Positions 52,352-64,000 of a stretch of 64,000 bases of DNA are shown one piece after another (the first letter of the stretch is position 1; each line of letters starts with the position of its first letter). Under the pieces are notes generated by a model, which worked only from the letters and a program-made list of their open reading frames with translations, was not told the DNA's origin and ran no database searches. Source of the DNA: Antedon mediterranea (lineage: Eukaryota; Animalia; Echinodermata); the NCBI RefSeq assembly GCF_964355755.1, contig NC_092672.1, positions 12,834,001-12,898,000 of the forward strand, in the 5' to 3' direction. Position numbers and translations under genes: made by a program.

Positions 52352-54014
52352 TTAAGTTAAGTCATTATTTTTAAGTTTCTTTCTTAAGGGTTTTTCACCC
52401 TTCTTTCCGACTGATGCATCTTTCTTTTTTCTTTCCATCATATATACGGTGGTAAAAGCCTTACATCTGATGTCTATATAACATCCAATAACTTTGTTAA
52501 ATAAAGTAGACACTACTACCTCATTAACATTATCCCCAATTAACCGTTCCCATGCTAATTTAATGACAGGCGAGTCAAGGGCTGAAGTAAGTTTGTCCTT
52601 TAAATTTAAACCACAAAGTTCTGTAATTTTTGTGGAGGACAAAATGGGTTTTACCTCGCATTCTAGCCGCCTAAAAAATAAAAATGAATCATTATTTATT
52701 TTAAATAGGCCTCCTCTGTTAATTTTTGTAATCCAGTCTTTACTATAATCTAAAAATGACATTTTATCATTGTTGTCTTCAATTTCTAATTTCCTTAATA
52801 CATCAATAGATAAATTAGCTAGATTGTTATTTGGAAATCTTCTGTAAAAGCGTAGTAATTTATGCGGAATATAGCCAGCCATGTATCTTAATGTTTGTTG
52901 CTCTTCCTTGGTTACCTCTACCTGTGGCGGTTCATTTGCAGCAGCATTCTCATATGGCCCAATTTGCCTTAACAACAACTCTTCTACAATTGCCTCGCTT
53001 GCCATTTGGAATAAAAAATTTGCAGCAATATCACAGTCAACTAAACCTAAAAATTGATTTGAGTTTTCATTTATGCGAAAAGTATGAAAGTTTCTACACA
53101 CTGCGTCTAACCCTTCTGATGCAGTTCTTTTAGTGTTCGCTACAGTTGCTGTCTCCCATAAAGTATTGACAAGTTTGTTTGCAACATCCTGAATGTCTTT
53201 TGACCGCAACTCGACCACTGCATTGTTTATTGCTGTTGCCATCTTTGGATTTAACTGCAGCATAGGGTCTTCAAGAACTTTGTTAAATGAGTGATTAACA
53301 ATTTCCAAAGAATCAGCTAATGCATTTTCAAGTAGATATTGGCTCTTCCATTTTATCGGCTTCTTTTTTGCAGCTGTGAATTATTTTAAAATAAATCATA
53401 AATTAAAATGTTTTTCCCCTAAAAAGTTAAATTCAATCCGACTATCCCTAATATTTTAATTTCCTGTGCAAAATACAATCAATGTAGTGGGCGACGTAGG
53501 GCTGAAATATCTATTCCCTGTATTTCGGTAATTTTAAATTTAATTATTTGGAAAATGTGTCAACAGCAAAATCCATGAATAATTATAAAATGTACAGTAG
53601 TACTAGCCTAGGCCTAGGTAGTAAATAGCCTTATTTTCTATTAGAGTAATTAATTAGTTAGGCCTAGGCCTATACCATCTACGCTCATTAATACTTACCT
53701 TTTTCCGGTTTATTGTTAGTAGTTGATTCGCTGGGCCTACTAGCGTTCGTATAATTGCTTGGCCCACTAGGCTCAGAACCAATAATACACTTGTCGCACT
53801 TCCACGTTTCTTCGGCGGCTAGGCCTAGGCCTGAACTCACGCAATTCGTATGGAACCATCTGACTTCGCAATCTTTACCGTTGCAGGCTATTGTCTCTTC
53901 CGTCGATGGACAGTTACATATACAGATATTTTTCACTTCTTCGGTGCCTACTTCGGTATTTATTTCTTCAAATTCTGCTAATAATTCTTTTGTTAACAAC
54001 TCATCAAACTCCAT
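52352..54014 (-). CDS. PHD-finger protein with a P-transposase C-terminal-like domain, 2 exons (54014-53699, 53373-52352), 445 aa
   Basis: Exon 1 has a C4HC3 PHD, CIC...IACNGKDCEVRWFHTNC...WKCDKC. The phase-1 GTAAGT...ACAG intron joins in frame to the ORF with LRYMAGYI...WITKINRGGL. Confidence 0.85.
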
Positions 54015-54394
54015 CACATCAATTTTTGTAGAATAACCTCCATTGAATAAAAGAATACAGTGTTGCTTTTTTGCACTGCCGCGCGCTTGCACACGACGCT
54101 CATGTGCTCGAGGTCAAGTGGTTTGCTTCCGGTTTTACAATTAATTATACGACCTTTTCGTGACATATTGACCTTGTACGCCACGCAGTGCTTATGTGCG
54201 ATACCGTTTATAATTACTCCCTTATCTGTTAAACATTCGGCGGCTGCAATGAATACATCAAAGGAGACAAGCTAGTTGAATCTCCTTCTTTTTTATACCT
54301 CCATGGTTTTAGTATGTTAATGATTCTGTACGAAATTATACTGTACACATACAGTCAGTGAATTGCATTTTAGATGAAAATGGTTGGTTTTAGT

Positions 54395-55283
54395 GGGTGT
54401 CTAGAAAACTCAGATCTCAGATATATCTGAGTTTTCTAGATCTAAAAAAGTCAGATATCTGAGTTTTCTAGATCTAGAAAACTCAGATATCTGAGTTTTC
54501 TAGATCTAGAAAACTCAGATATTAAGATCTGAGTTTTCTAGTTCCAAAATGGAACTAGAAAACCCAGATCATCAAATGGATCGTTCCATTATTAATAGAG
54601 GGTAGCTTGTTTGAAATACTACAGTATTATACGTTTTCTTACTATTACTAATAATAATAATAATTGTAACTTGTAGTAGCAGCCTACGACTTAAATCATA
54701 AAGAAATACAGTATACACTTTTTAAAATGTAGGCTTATCATTTAGGCCTAGCTAAGCAAACTCAATTCAAGGCTCAATGTGTGGGTGCTATCGCGATGTA
54801 TATCGCGAAGAGTAGGCCTGGCCCTTATCTAGTCTAGAAGTGGTCAACTCGTACCCAAAATAACTCGTACCTATTCCCAACTTGGCTAACTCGTACCTCA
54901 ACCAACTCGTACCCACACCAACTCGTACATACCTAATTTTTAAGCCTACATTTTATCTGTAACATGCGCTGTATTTTCTTTATGATTTAAGCCGTAGACC
55001 GCTTCTACATGTTACAATATTATTAGTACACAGTAATCAGTTTTAATAATACTGTAGGCCTACTCTAGTATTTCAAATGACCTACCTTCTGATTAATAAT
55101 GGAATGATCCAAATGACCTACCAACCAATCATATGATGATTTGAGTTTTCTAGTTCCATTCTGGAACTAGAAAACTCAGATATTGATATCTGAGTTTTCT
55201 AGATCTATCTGACTTTTCTAGATCTAGAAAACTCAGATATATCTGAGATCTGAGTTTTCTAGATCTGAGTTTTCTAGACACCC
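54395..55283. mobile_element. Mutator-like MITE, copy 2 (same family as 37361-38216)
   Basis: Same TIRs and interior; 9-bp TSD GGTTTTAGT. Confidence 0.92.
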
Positions 55284-55799
55284 GGTTTTAGTATGTTAAT
55301 GATTATGTACAAAATTATTCTGTACATTTACATACAGTCAGTGAATTGCATTTTAGATGATGATGATTGTTGGTTTTAGATTTAAATGATTATGTACAAG
55401 TTATACTGTACAGGTATTAATGTACCGTATTACATTTTAGATAATGATGATTGTTGGTTTTAGTATGTTAATGATTCTGTACAAGGTTATACTGTACAGG
55501 TACAGACAGTCAGTGAATTGCATTTTAGATGATAATAATTGTTGGTTTTAGATTTTAATGATTATGTACAAGTTATTTATACTGTGCACAGGTATCAATG
55601 TACCGTTACATTTTAGATGATGATAATTGTTGGTTTTAGTATGTTAATGATTATGTACAAGTTATACAGTAACAATTATATCTTTGTCAATTGTTCATTT
55701 AATAACGGTAACATTGAAACCTTGCATTTTCTGTTCATAAGCTGAAGTTTTGAGAAAATAAAAATGTTTTTTTCTGTAATTCTTCATGTGACTCAACAC

Positions 55800-56507
55800 T
55801 ACTTTACTTTAACAGACCCTTTTTATGGTATTTAACTGCTGTCCCAGCTAACAGTATTACTAAAGTATAATACTGTTAAAATACAGTTGGTACAAACTGC
55901 TTTACACATTTAAATCCTATATTTTTACTGGCATCTCAGTACAAAAACAGGATTTTGTTGATTAAACCTGTTTTTTATAAACCATATTTTAACAGCTTTG
56001 TACAGTAATTTAACAGGCCAATGCATTTTTAGTCAACGTATTTGTACGGTAATTGACTGTAGAATTGCAGTATTTAATTGTTTAAAAACAGTTAATGTTA
56101 CGTCTAGTTGCTAGTATTTTACCGTAAAAATACAGGATTAGAATGTTTAATTTATTTTAACAGTACTGTGATTTAACAGGCCAATGTATTTTTCTACTGG
56201 CGTCCCAGCTCTCTGTGTTTTACTGTTAAAATACAGGATTATTGTTAAAAAACAACTTTTTATAAACTGTATTTTAACAGTATACACCTTTTAACAGGCC
56301 ATGTATTTTAACGGTGTTCTACTGGCGTCCTGCAGCTGCCAGTAGAATACCGTTAAAATACAGGTTTATTGTTAAAAAACAACTTTTTATAAACTGTATT
56401 TTAACAGTATACACCGTTTAACAGGCCATGTATTTTAACGGTATTTTACTGGCGTCCTGCTGCTGCCAGTAGAATACCGTTAAAATACAGGTTTATTTTT
56501 AACAGTG
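55800..56507. repeat. Right subterminal repeats of the CMC element, including palindromic units
   Basis: Repeated TGTATTTTAAC.G / C.GTTAAAATACAG and ACTGGC...GCCAGT hairpins. Confidence 0.85.
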
Positions 56508-58059
56508 TATGCTTACAATATAGGACATTTTATTCTTTTTAAAATGAAGACAACCAACCTACCAACTATTATTTAAAATATTATGTTTAATTTTGTAGCT
56601 TTTAGGAGACAACACAGAGAAGCACATACGAGTACAGAAGTGTCTTCACCTCCAACTTCTCCTCATTCAAGGACATCACAGTCCTACAAATCGATTTTCT
56701 CTAGGAATGAAAACACTGATGACAGTAAGTGTATTTTAATATCTGTGTGTTTAATATTTTCAACGTGCGAGTTTTTGGAGCTGATGGACAGAAAGAGCAC
56801 CAGACGGAGGGGAGTAGCATGGTAGTATATCTACTAAAATCACCAGCGCATTTGGCTTTTCTGCATTATCCGCATATAAATGTGAAACTATTAAAACGAT
56901 TATTACAGTATTAATAATACCTAACCATACTATAAATTATGCTTGTCACAAAGGAAATCAATGCAAATAGAATTAAAAAATTAAACCAACGTGTAAACTT
57001 CTAACAAAATACATTATACTGTACATTCTGTTTTGTTTTATTTTTTTAGGTTTTAAAATCAATGTCTTGATGAAACTGGACACTATAATAAAAAATCAGA
57101 ATGAACAGCTTCAAATAATAAAGAATCAAGCAATTCAAAAAGGTGCATTAGAAGATGCAGAAATTGAAGATGTTGTGCCTCAACCACTAGAAAGCAAAGA
57201 AGAATTGTACTCACTTGATGAAAAATTGAAAGATGCGGCATTTAGGAAGAACATGGTAAATCTTAAAAATTCTATTTGTACCGTATGTTATAGTGTAAAT
57301 TTATTTCCTACAGTGATCCCATTATATACTCATATTGAGGTTATAGAAATACAAGGAGGTCGCGAACAAGCAGGAATACGGTTTACACAGCAAAATTTGA
57401 AATTCTAAGCAAGAAAAAAAAATCTTGTTTTAAGAAAAAATTCTTAAAATAAGTATTTTTTTTTCTTGTCAAGATTTAAAATTACTTAAAACAAGAAATA
57501 ATTTTCTAGAAAAGACACATTTTCTTAAATTAAGTTTTGCAATATTCTTAAAAATGCTTATTACAAGAAATATTTTACTTAAAATAAGGAGTCAATATCA
57601 TTCTCTTCTTATTAAGAATAGTTTTGCTTAAAACAAGATTTGAAAATACTTAATTTGAAAAGTATTTTACTTAAAATAAGAAATCAATATTATATTTATC
57701 CCTATCAAGAATAATTTTTCTTAAATCAAGATTGATGAATTCTAAAAATTACTTAAAACAATAAATATTTTTCTAGGTAAGACAAAGTTTCTTAAATTAG
57801 GTTTCGCAATATTCTTAAAAATACTTATTTTGAGAAATGTTTTACTTAAAATAAGAAGTCAATATCATACTATCTTATCAAGACTATTTTTGCTTAAAAT
57901 TGAGATTCGCAATATTTTTAAAAGTACTTATTTTGAGAAATGTTTTAATTAAGATAAGAAGTCAATATCATACTATATCCTATCAAGACTATTTTTGCTT
58001 GAATTGAAGTCAATTCTATTTTAATATTTTTAAAAATACTTATTTTGAGAAATGTTTTA

Positions 58060-58591
58060 CAGTAGAACCTCCATTTTACGTACGGTACGGGACCGAAAAG
58101 CGTACGTAAAACAAAGGATTCGTAAAATCAAGGTTGACCTTAAATTGACCCCAAATACGTAGAGATCGTAGCTATAAAGGGCGGCTACCCTGTTTGTCTA
58201 CTTTACTGAACAGCATGCAGGTTGTCACTAGCTAGGCCTTGCCTAGACTATTCAGGCTAGGCTAGCAGGCCTAGCAAGATGTGAGGCCTAACTAGAAAAG
58301 TACAGTACTGTATATACAGGCTGTGAGATGTTTAAATAAAGGGTAAAATATCAATGTTCTTGTATTTTCAATCAATAAAAACAGTCGCTGCTTAAATGCA
58401 CGTGCGTAGCTTGTCTCAAACACACAGCAGAATTCCTCACACACACACACACACAGCCACAGCTTTGTTGTGCTTTGTTGTTGTTAAATTGCGCCCTCAA
58501 TGTACGAAAATGATGACGTCATCGGTTATTTTAAGCGTACGTAAAATCAAGGGAACGTAAAATCAGGGTACGTAAAACACAGGTTCTACTG
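58060..58591. mobile_element. Tc1/mariner (pogo/Tigger-like) MITE
   Basis: TA TSD and TIR CAGTAGAACCT / AGGTTCTACTG; interrupts the host repeat AATGTTT-TA-CTTAAAATA. Confidence 0.92.
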
Positions 58592-61500
58592 TACTTAAAA
58601 TAGATTGTCAATATCCTTATATTCACACAACGGTAGAGCAGTTAGCACTTCAGTTTCAACTGATGAAAGAATCTGGGTAATCAAACTGTTTGTGCTTTAA
58701 ATAATCGATTGCACTGCAACCTAAAGAAAATAATATTGATTTAATATTTTTTATATTCAAGTTTTAATATGTTTAAAAACTAAGTTGTGCTTTAGTTGGG
58801 GAGCTATGCAGCCTAACAAAAAAAATGTTATTTGTAACAATGAAATTGGTCACAAAAAAATGCAACATAAACTTAGAGTGTATAATGCCTAGGCCTAGTA
58901 CCCAAGTCCTATAGTTACTATAGCTAATAGTCCTGTATAATAACAGTACCAGCAAGGCCTAGGAAATAGACGTATTTCTCTAATAAAAAATAGTTTAAAA
59001 TGCATAATTGTTGTAATTTTAAAGCAAAATGGCTTACCTGTGGAATCTTGTTTCTCTCCTTTAATTTTAGTAGAAGGAAATCAGCATTTGTTATACTATT
59101 ATCTGCTTGTTCATCCTCTAGTTAGTAGGCCTTCTTGCTGAGCATCAACAAGATCATTAATATTAAACAATCATTAACAGTATAACAATACTAGAATTAT
59201 CACTACTACTATCGTCAGTTGATAAATCATCCCCGTTATAATAGTTTTTTTCTTCATTAACTTCGTCAGTCTCCTAGTCTAGGCCTAGTTCTACTTCATC
59301 CTCAATTGGCATCCTCGTTTTCTCCAGGCATACTTTACTGATGTTTCCATCGTCAACTGCAGGAGGTTGCCGATTGTTATACTCGTCCTTAAAATGGCGT
59401 CTTATGACATGCTTGTAAAACGAATTGTAAATTCCAAAGCTTGCCGGGCAGCGAACCACCAATTCCACATGTTACTCGAAAATTCGGAGTATTTCCATGA
59501 ATTGAATTATAATGCCTTAGCAAATAGGGTAGCAAATACTGTACCTACTTCAGTTTACTGGCACCAACTTATCGCTTTTTTTCGGACTGCAACAAACATG
59601 TGTCATTATTATTGTCTGTCGTATTACTGTTGGTCCAGACGTTTTATAGATTTGCTTTAACCACCATGGAGGTTTATACCTCCATGCTTTAACGTTGAGC
59701 AGTATAATGACCTTATACATTCTGGGTAAAAGGCCAGCGATAAATTTTTGGTTATAGTTGAAAAACAACACTGTGTGTGGTCGATGACCTAGCTCCCGGC
59801 GGGATCATGGCCAACGGTTTTTTAAAGTAATCATTCAAAATCTAGAGTTTGTAAGTAAAAGACACCTTTCATCGCAATTTATATATTAAATGCTTCAATA
59901 GGCCTAGTAAGATTAGTCTAATATAATGTCGAAGGAAGACGCTTTGTTGAAGATCCGAGAAATAGATGAAGAAGTGGCCAACATTTTAACAGGTTCGTAG
60001 GCCTAATAATTATATTTTAATCTGCCAGCAGTCTAGGCCTATCCTAGGCTCCTTCCTAGTTAGTAATACTGTAGGCCTGGAACTAGTAGGTCTAGGCTAG
60101 CCTACTATGCCTGTACTGACGGACAGGTGTATAGGTTTAGCTTAGCATTTTAGTTCAGACATTGACAGAGGGGACAAATATTGTCGGACCTATTTCAGCT
60201 AGGTATAAGGAAGGCCTAATAATAGATAATACAATTATAATGTAACAGTTATTTTGTAATGTAGCCATGAAATATATACGAAGGATTATATTATATACAC
60301 ATATTCCAATGAGAAATATAATGACATTTAAAAACACTTCTTTATATTTAATTAATTGTACACACTAAGTAATCCCCGAAGTGATCACATCGATATTGAA
60401 ACTTAATGTTTTTAACTCTAAATTTTAAAAAAACATACTAAAAAAACAAACAAAAAACATACGTACTGCATAACTAAAATTGTTATATTAAATTTCTTTT
60501 TAAAAAACTGTGTTATTTACAATATCTTAAATTATTTGTTAGGTAATTGAAGAAGTTCGAAGGATACTAATTATTACTAGGCAAAGAGGAATGAAATACA
60601 AAAGAAAGCTTTTTAAAAAAGTGCTTAGCAAATTTTTCCAAAGAAGAGAATAATATAGTTTATTTTGGTATTTTAAAGAGAAACACCAGTCCTCCATCTG
60701 GTAAGTACAGTGTATGTTTTTGTACTTTTATCTATTCATAAATAGTTTTATAATGGACCAATGGTAGTGAGGAAAATACGTGTACATATTGTGTACGTAT
60801 TTTTAACAGCTTGGTTCGACTCAAGCTAGTGTCATGCACTCCTCCCTTTGACAACTAAAATTAAATAAATGACTTATGAATATTAATTTTTGACATATTA
60901 ATGCTCTCCTGACCAGCCCACCCTTTCCCCTTCCTTTTACATTGACCACCTACAAAACTGTAGGCTACATTATTAAAAATTTGAGCTACAGTATATCAAG
61001 TTTATGTCCATACATTATTCCACTCATTTAAATAAATTTATATAATATAATGTTTTCAATTTGTTATTTTTGGTTAGGTTCAAAGATAACCCATATGTTG
61101 TCAAATCTGTCAAACATATTTGTTGGGAAAAACTCATCAAAAAAAGTCTGCTGACCTTGAAGGTATTTAGTGTTTTTTTAAATTTAAAATACAAGTAACA
61201 TTATGTACATTAAAAAAAAATATCTTAAAGTGTTTTTTTAAAATCAAATTTATCTTAGCTTAAAATTCAAGGTACCGGTATATACTATGTTTACAATAAT
61301 TTATTAAAATCAAACAATTGTTATTATAAACATTGATACGGAATAAAAACATCAATCATGATTGAGCACCGTTTTGCGTATTGTCTTCCTAAATAGTAAT
61401 ATTAAAAATAAATTTAGACCCTAATAATTTAACTAAAAATAATAGATACAGCCAGGCCTGTCTTTGTGATCGGTATAAACAGGGCAAAGTTTGTGATTAA

Positions 61501-62377
61501 AAAGTTCAAATGCATATTCCACCCACCCTTATGTCTTATAATGTAAAATTATTCTTACCACCGTTCTAATATTGCGTCATGTTTTTGTGTTTACCGCCCC
61601 AGATATAGGACTCTAAAACCACACCGTACCCAATTAGTTGATGATGTTACACATATTTTAAATACAGTAATAACTAAAACTATATTAATCTCTTTTCATG
61701 TTTAGGAACATGAATAAAGATCCAGAATCCTGGTCTTCACGCCGATCAGGTAATATGCCGGTATTGCTTTTGGACACAGAAATGGCCTACATTAAAGTTT
61801 AGCAAACAATTCTAACTACAAAGAAAGCAAAATTAGATGAGGCTGCTAGTTACTCTCCTCTCCACTTTTTACCTTCTGGATTTCGATTATCCAAAATGAA
61901 AAGAAGTAGGCCTCACTATCCACTCACTCCCAGGTGCGGGAGAAGAATTTTACGAAATTTGTATTTTACCATTTTAATGTTTTTAAGTTTTCTTTTGATG
62001 GCATTTTATTATTAATAAAAACAAGTTTGTTTTAAAGAAGTTGTATATATTATTGTACCTAATGTCATGTAAATTGTAGTTCTTAATGAAAATAACAGTA
62101 TTGTTAATATTATGTTTTATAACATTCTTGAATTTATTTGTTTAAGTAAAATATTACTTAAAATGAGTATTCATTTATCGTTCTTAAAATAAATTTTTAA
62201 TGATTTATATTTTATAGAATTCTTGTTTCAAGCAATTTTTTTCCCAATATAAGTAAGAATTTACGAATTTTAATTTGATAGAATTCTTGTTTCAAGCAAT
62301 ACTTTTCTTAAAATAAGTAAACATTTACTGGTTTTTATTTGATAGACTTCTTGTTTACTTATTTTAAAAAAAGTTTT

Positions 62378-63270
62378 GCTTGAAACAAGAATTCTACAAA
62401 TAAAAATCGGAATATTCTTACTTATTTTAAGAAATATATTGCTTGAAACAAGAAAACTAAAAATATAAATTGGAATATTCTTACTTATTTTAAGAAAAAT
62501 ATTGCTTAAAACAAGAATTCTAAAAAATACAAACCGGAATATTCTTACTTATTTTAAGAAAAATATTGCTTGAAACAAGAATTCTACAAATAAAAATCGG
62601 AATATTCTTACTTATTTTATAAAAAAATATATTGCTTGAAACAAGAATTCAAAAAATACAAATCGGAATATTCTTGCTTATTTTAAGAAAAGTATTGCTT
62701 GAAACAAGAATTCAAAAAATACAAATCGGAATATTCTTACTTATTTTAAGAAAAATATTGCTTGAAACAAGAATTCAAAAAATACAAATCGGAATATTCT
62801 TACTTATTTTAAGAAAAATACTGCTTGAAACAAGAATTCAAAAAATAAAAATCGGAATATTCTTACTTATTTTAAGAAATATCTTGCTTGAAACAAGAAT
62901 TCAAAAAAATACAAATCGGAATATTCTTACTTATTTTAAGAAATATATTGCTTGAAACAAGAATTCTATAAAATACAAATTGGAATATTCTTACTTATTT
63001 TAAGAAATATCTTGCTTGAAACAAGAATTCAAAAAAATACAAATCGGAATATTCTTACTTATTTTAAGAAATATATTGCTTGAAACAAGAATTCTATAAA
63101 ATACAAATCGGAAAATTCTTACTTATTTTAAGAAATATATTGCTTGAAACAAGAATTCAAAAAAATACAAATCGGAATATTCTTACTTATTTTAAGAAAA
63201 ATATTGCTTGAAACAAGAATTCTATTTAAAAAAATCGATAAATTGTTACTTATTTTAAGGCAGATACTGC
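62378..63270. repeat. Subterminal tandem array, about 63-bp unit x 14
   Basis: GCTTGAAACAAGAATTC...GGAATATTCTTACTTATTTTAAG repeats every 63-64 bp. Confidence 0.95.
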
Positions 63271-64000
63271 TTAAAACAATAATGAAAAAAGCAATTAAAT
63301 TCTTGGTAAGAATATTGTTCTTAAAGTATTATTTCTTGGTAAGAATAATTTTCTTGATATGAATTTGTGTGATTCTTGTTAAGAATTTTACGATTCTTGG
63401 TAAGCCAAAAAGTATTGAAATACGGACAAGTCAAAATTTACTTGTTTCAAGAAATATTTTGCTTGAAACAAGTTTTTTTTTTCTTAAAACAAGAATCAGA
63501 ATTTTGCTGTGTAAAACAAATGTATTGTAACAGAGTTTTTACAATTACTATAAACATTCAAACTATCTAGATTAAAATCATTATATAACCGTGTTTTCTA
63601 TTTAAAGTAATGTAATGTTTTTATTTTTTCTCTTTAGATCAAGTATTTTAGCATAATTGGGGGGTCAACTGTCAAAGACACAGTTAGAATTCTGCTAAGA
63701 AAAATAGGTTCCAATAAGTTAGGGTCCGAATTTAGTATGTACGGACGAAAAGGGAAGGACAGTTTTAAAAAAAGACATATGTGCCGAGTAATTATAAGTA
63801 AGTACCATTGTTTAGGTATAATTAAACCTATATCTGTCAAGAATGAAGCGAGGTCGGCTCCTAGCGCAGTCGGCTAAAATAGTGGCAGCTAAACCGTAGA
63901 AAACCATAGGTTTCCTTACTGCTCTTCATGTGTTCCAACTAGTTGGTCAAAATACTTACGCTCTCTCATGACTTCTCTCGTCTCTCTTATTACTGTCCAG

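Larger units (their letters stand above)
39686..54305 (+). mobile_element. P-superfamily DNA transposon with two convergent genes (about 6.6 kb without the nested Academ)
   Basis: Perfect 36-bp TIR CATGGAGGTATAAAAAAGAAGGAGATTCAACTAGCT (39686-39721 and 54270-54305); 7-bp TSD GTTTTAG; P-type transposase inside. Confidence 0.95.
27547..56507 (+). mobile_element. CMC/EnSpm (CACTA-like) DNA transposon, about 29 kb including nested insertions
   Basis: 15-bp TIR CACTGTTAAAAATAA / TTATTTTTAACAGTG, TA on both flanks, subterminal repeat arrays at both ends, internal transposase and companion gene. Confidence 0.9.
57386..63511. mobile_element. Non-autonomous CMC/EnSpm-type element with decayed head-to-head gene remnants
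   Basis: 12-bp TIR CACAGCAAAATT / AATTTTGCTGTG; TA TSD confirmed by the empty site in copy 1 (GGTT-TA-AAAC at about 26360); C2H2-like remnant CPASFGIYNSFYKHVIRRH on the minus strand (about 59390-59450); exon remnants on the plus strand from 59926. Confidence 0.9.
56508..64000 (+). pseudogene. Partial duplicate of the DUF4806-like gene, with an intron interrupted by a 6.1-kb element
   Basis: Exon sequences match those at 25579, 26030 and 26487; upstream exons are absent. Confidence 0.75.

Noticed and set aside
48821-54014. A true ProtoRAG (RAG1L/RAG2L) transposon
   Set aside because: The catalytic motifs are P-type, the TIR starts CATG rather than the CAC heptamer, the TSD is 7 bp rather than 5 bp, and the partner shows no kelch repeats.
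62378-63270. Regular array and repetitive ORFs (LETRIQKIQIGIFLLILRK)n that could suggest CRISPR or a repeat protein
   Set aside because: Head-to-tail 63-bp units with no unique spacers and no cas genes; these are subterminal repeats of a eukaryotic transposon.

Overview
AT-rich eukaryotic DNA with spliceosomal introns, most likely from an invertebrate animal. The window is almost entirely nested transposons, and I see no intact host gene, RNA gene or CRISPR array. From left to right: the end of a hAT-like element and a remnant spliced gene; a truncated Mag-clade Ty3/Gypsy; a young Gypsy (7484-20589, near-identical LTRs, GTATG TSD) whose gag is interrupted by about 8.1 kb of compact, virus-like DNA with orphan ORFs, two copies of a CD225/dispanin (IFITM-family) gene and degenerate repeat blocks; a Helentron-type HINE; LTR and piggyBac remnants; and a DUF4806-like gene. 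A 29-kb CMC/EnSpm element (27547-56507) follows. It contains a P-superfamily element, which contains an Academ element, which contains a piggyBac-type insertion. The CMC element sits between two copies of a host segment of up to about 2 kb, and the second copy holds another CMC-type element. The most striking item is the P-superfamily element (39686-54305; 36-bp perfect TIRs, 7-bp TSD). It carries two apparently intact, tail-to-tail spliced genes: a P transposase with a RAG1-N/Chapa-type zinc module in place of THAP, and a PHD-finger protein that carries what looks like the missing P-transposase C-terminal domain. This layout resembles RAG1/RAG2. All family calls come from motifs recognised by eye; no database search was run.
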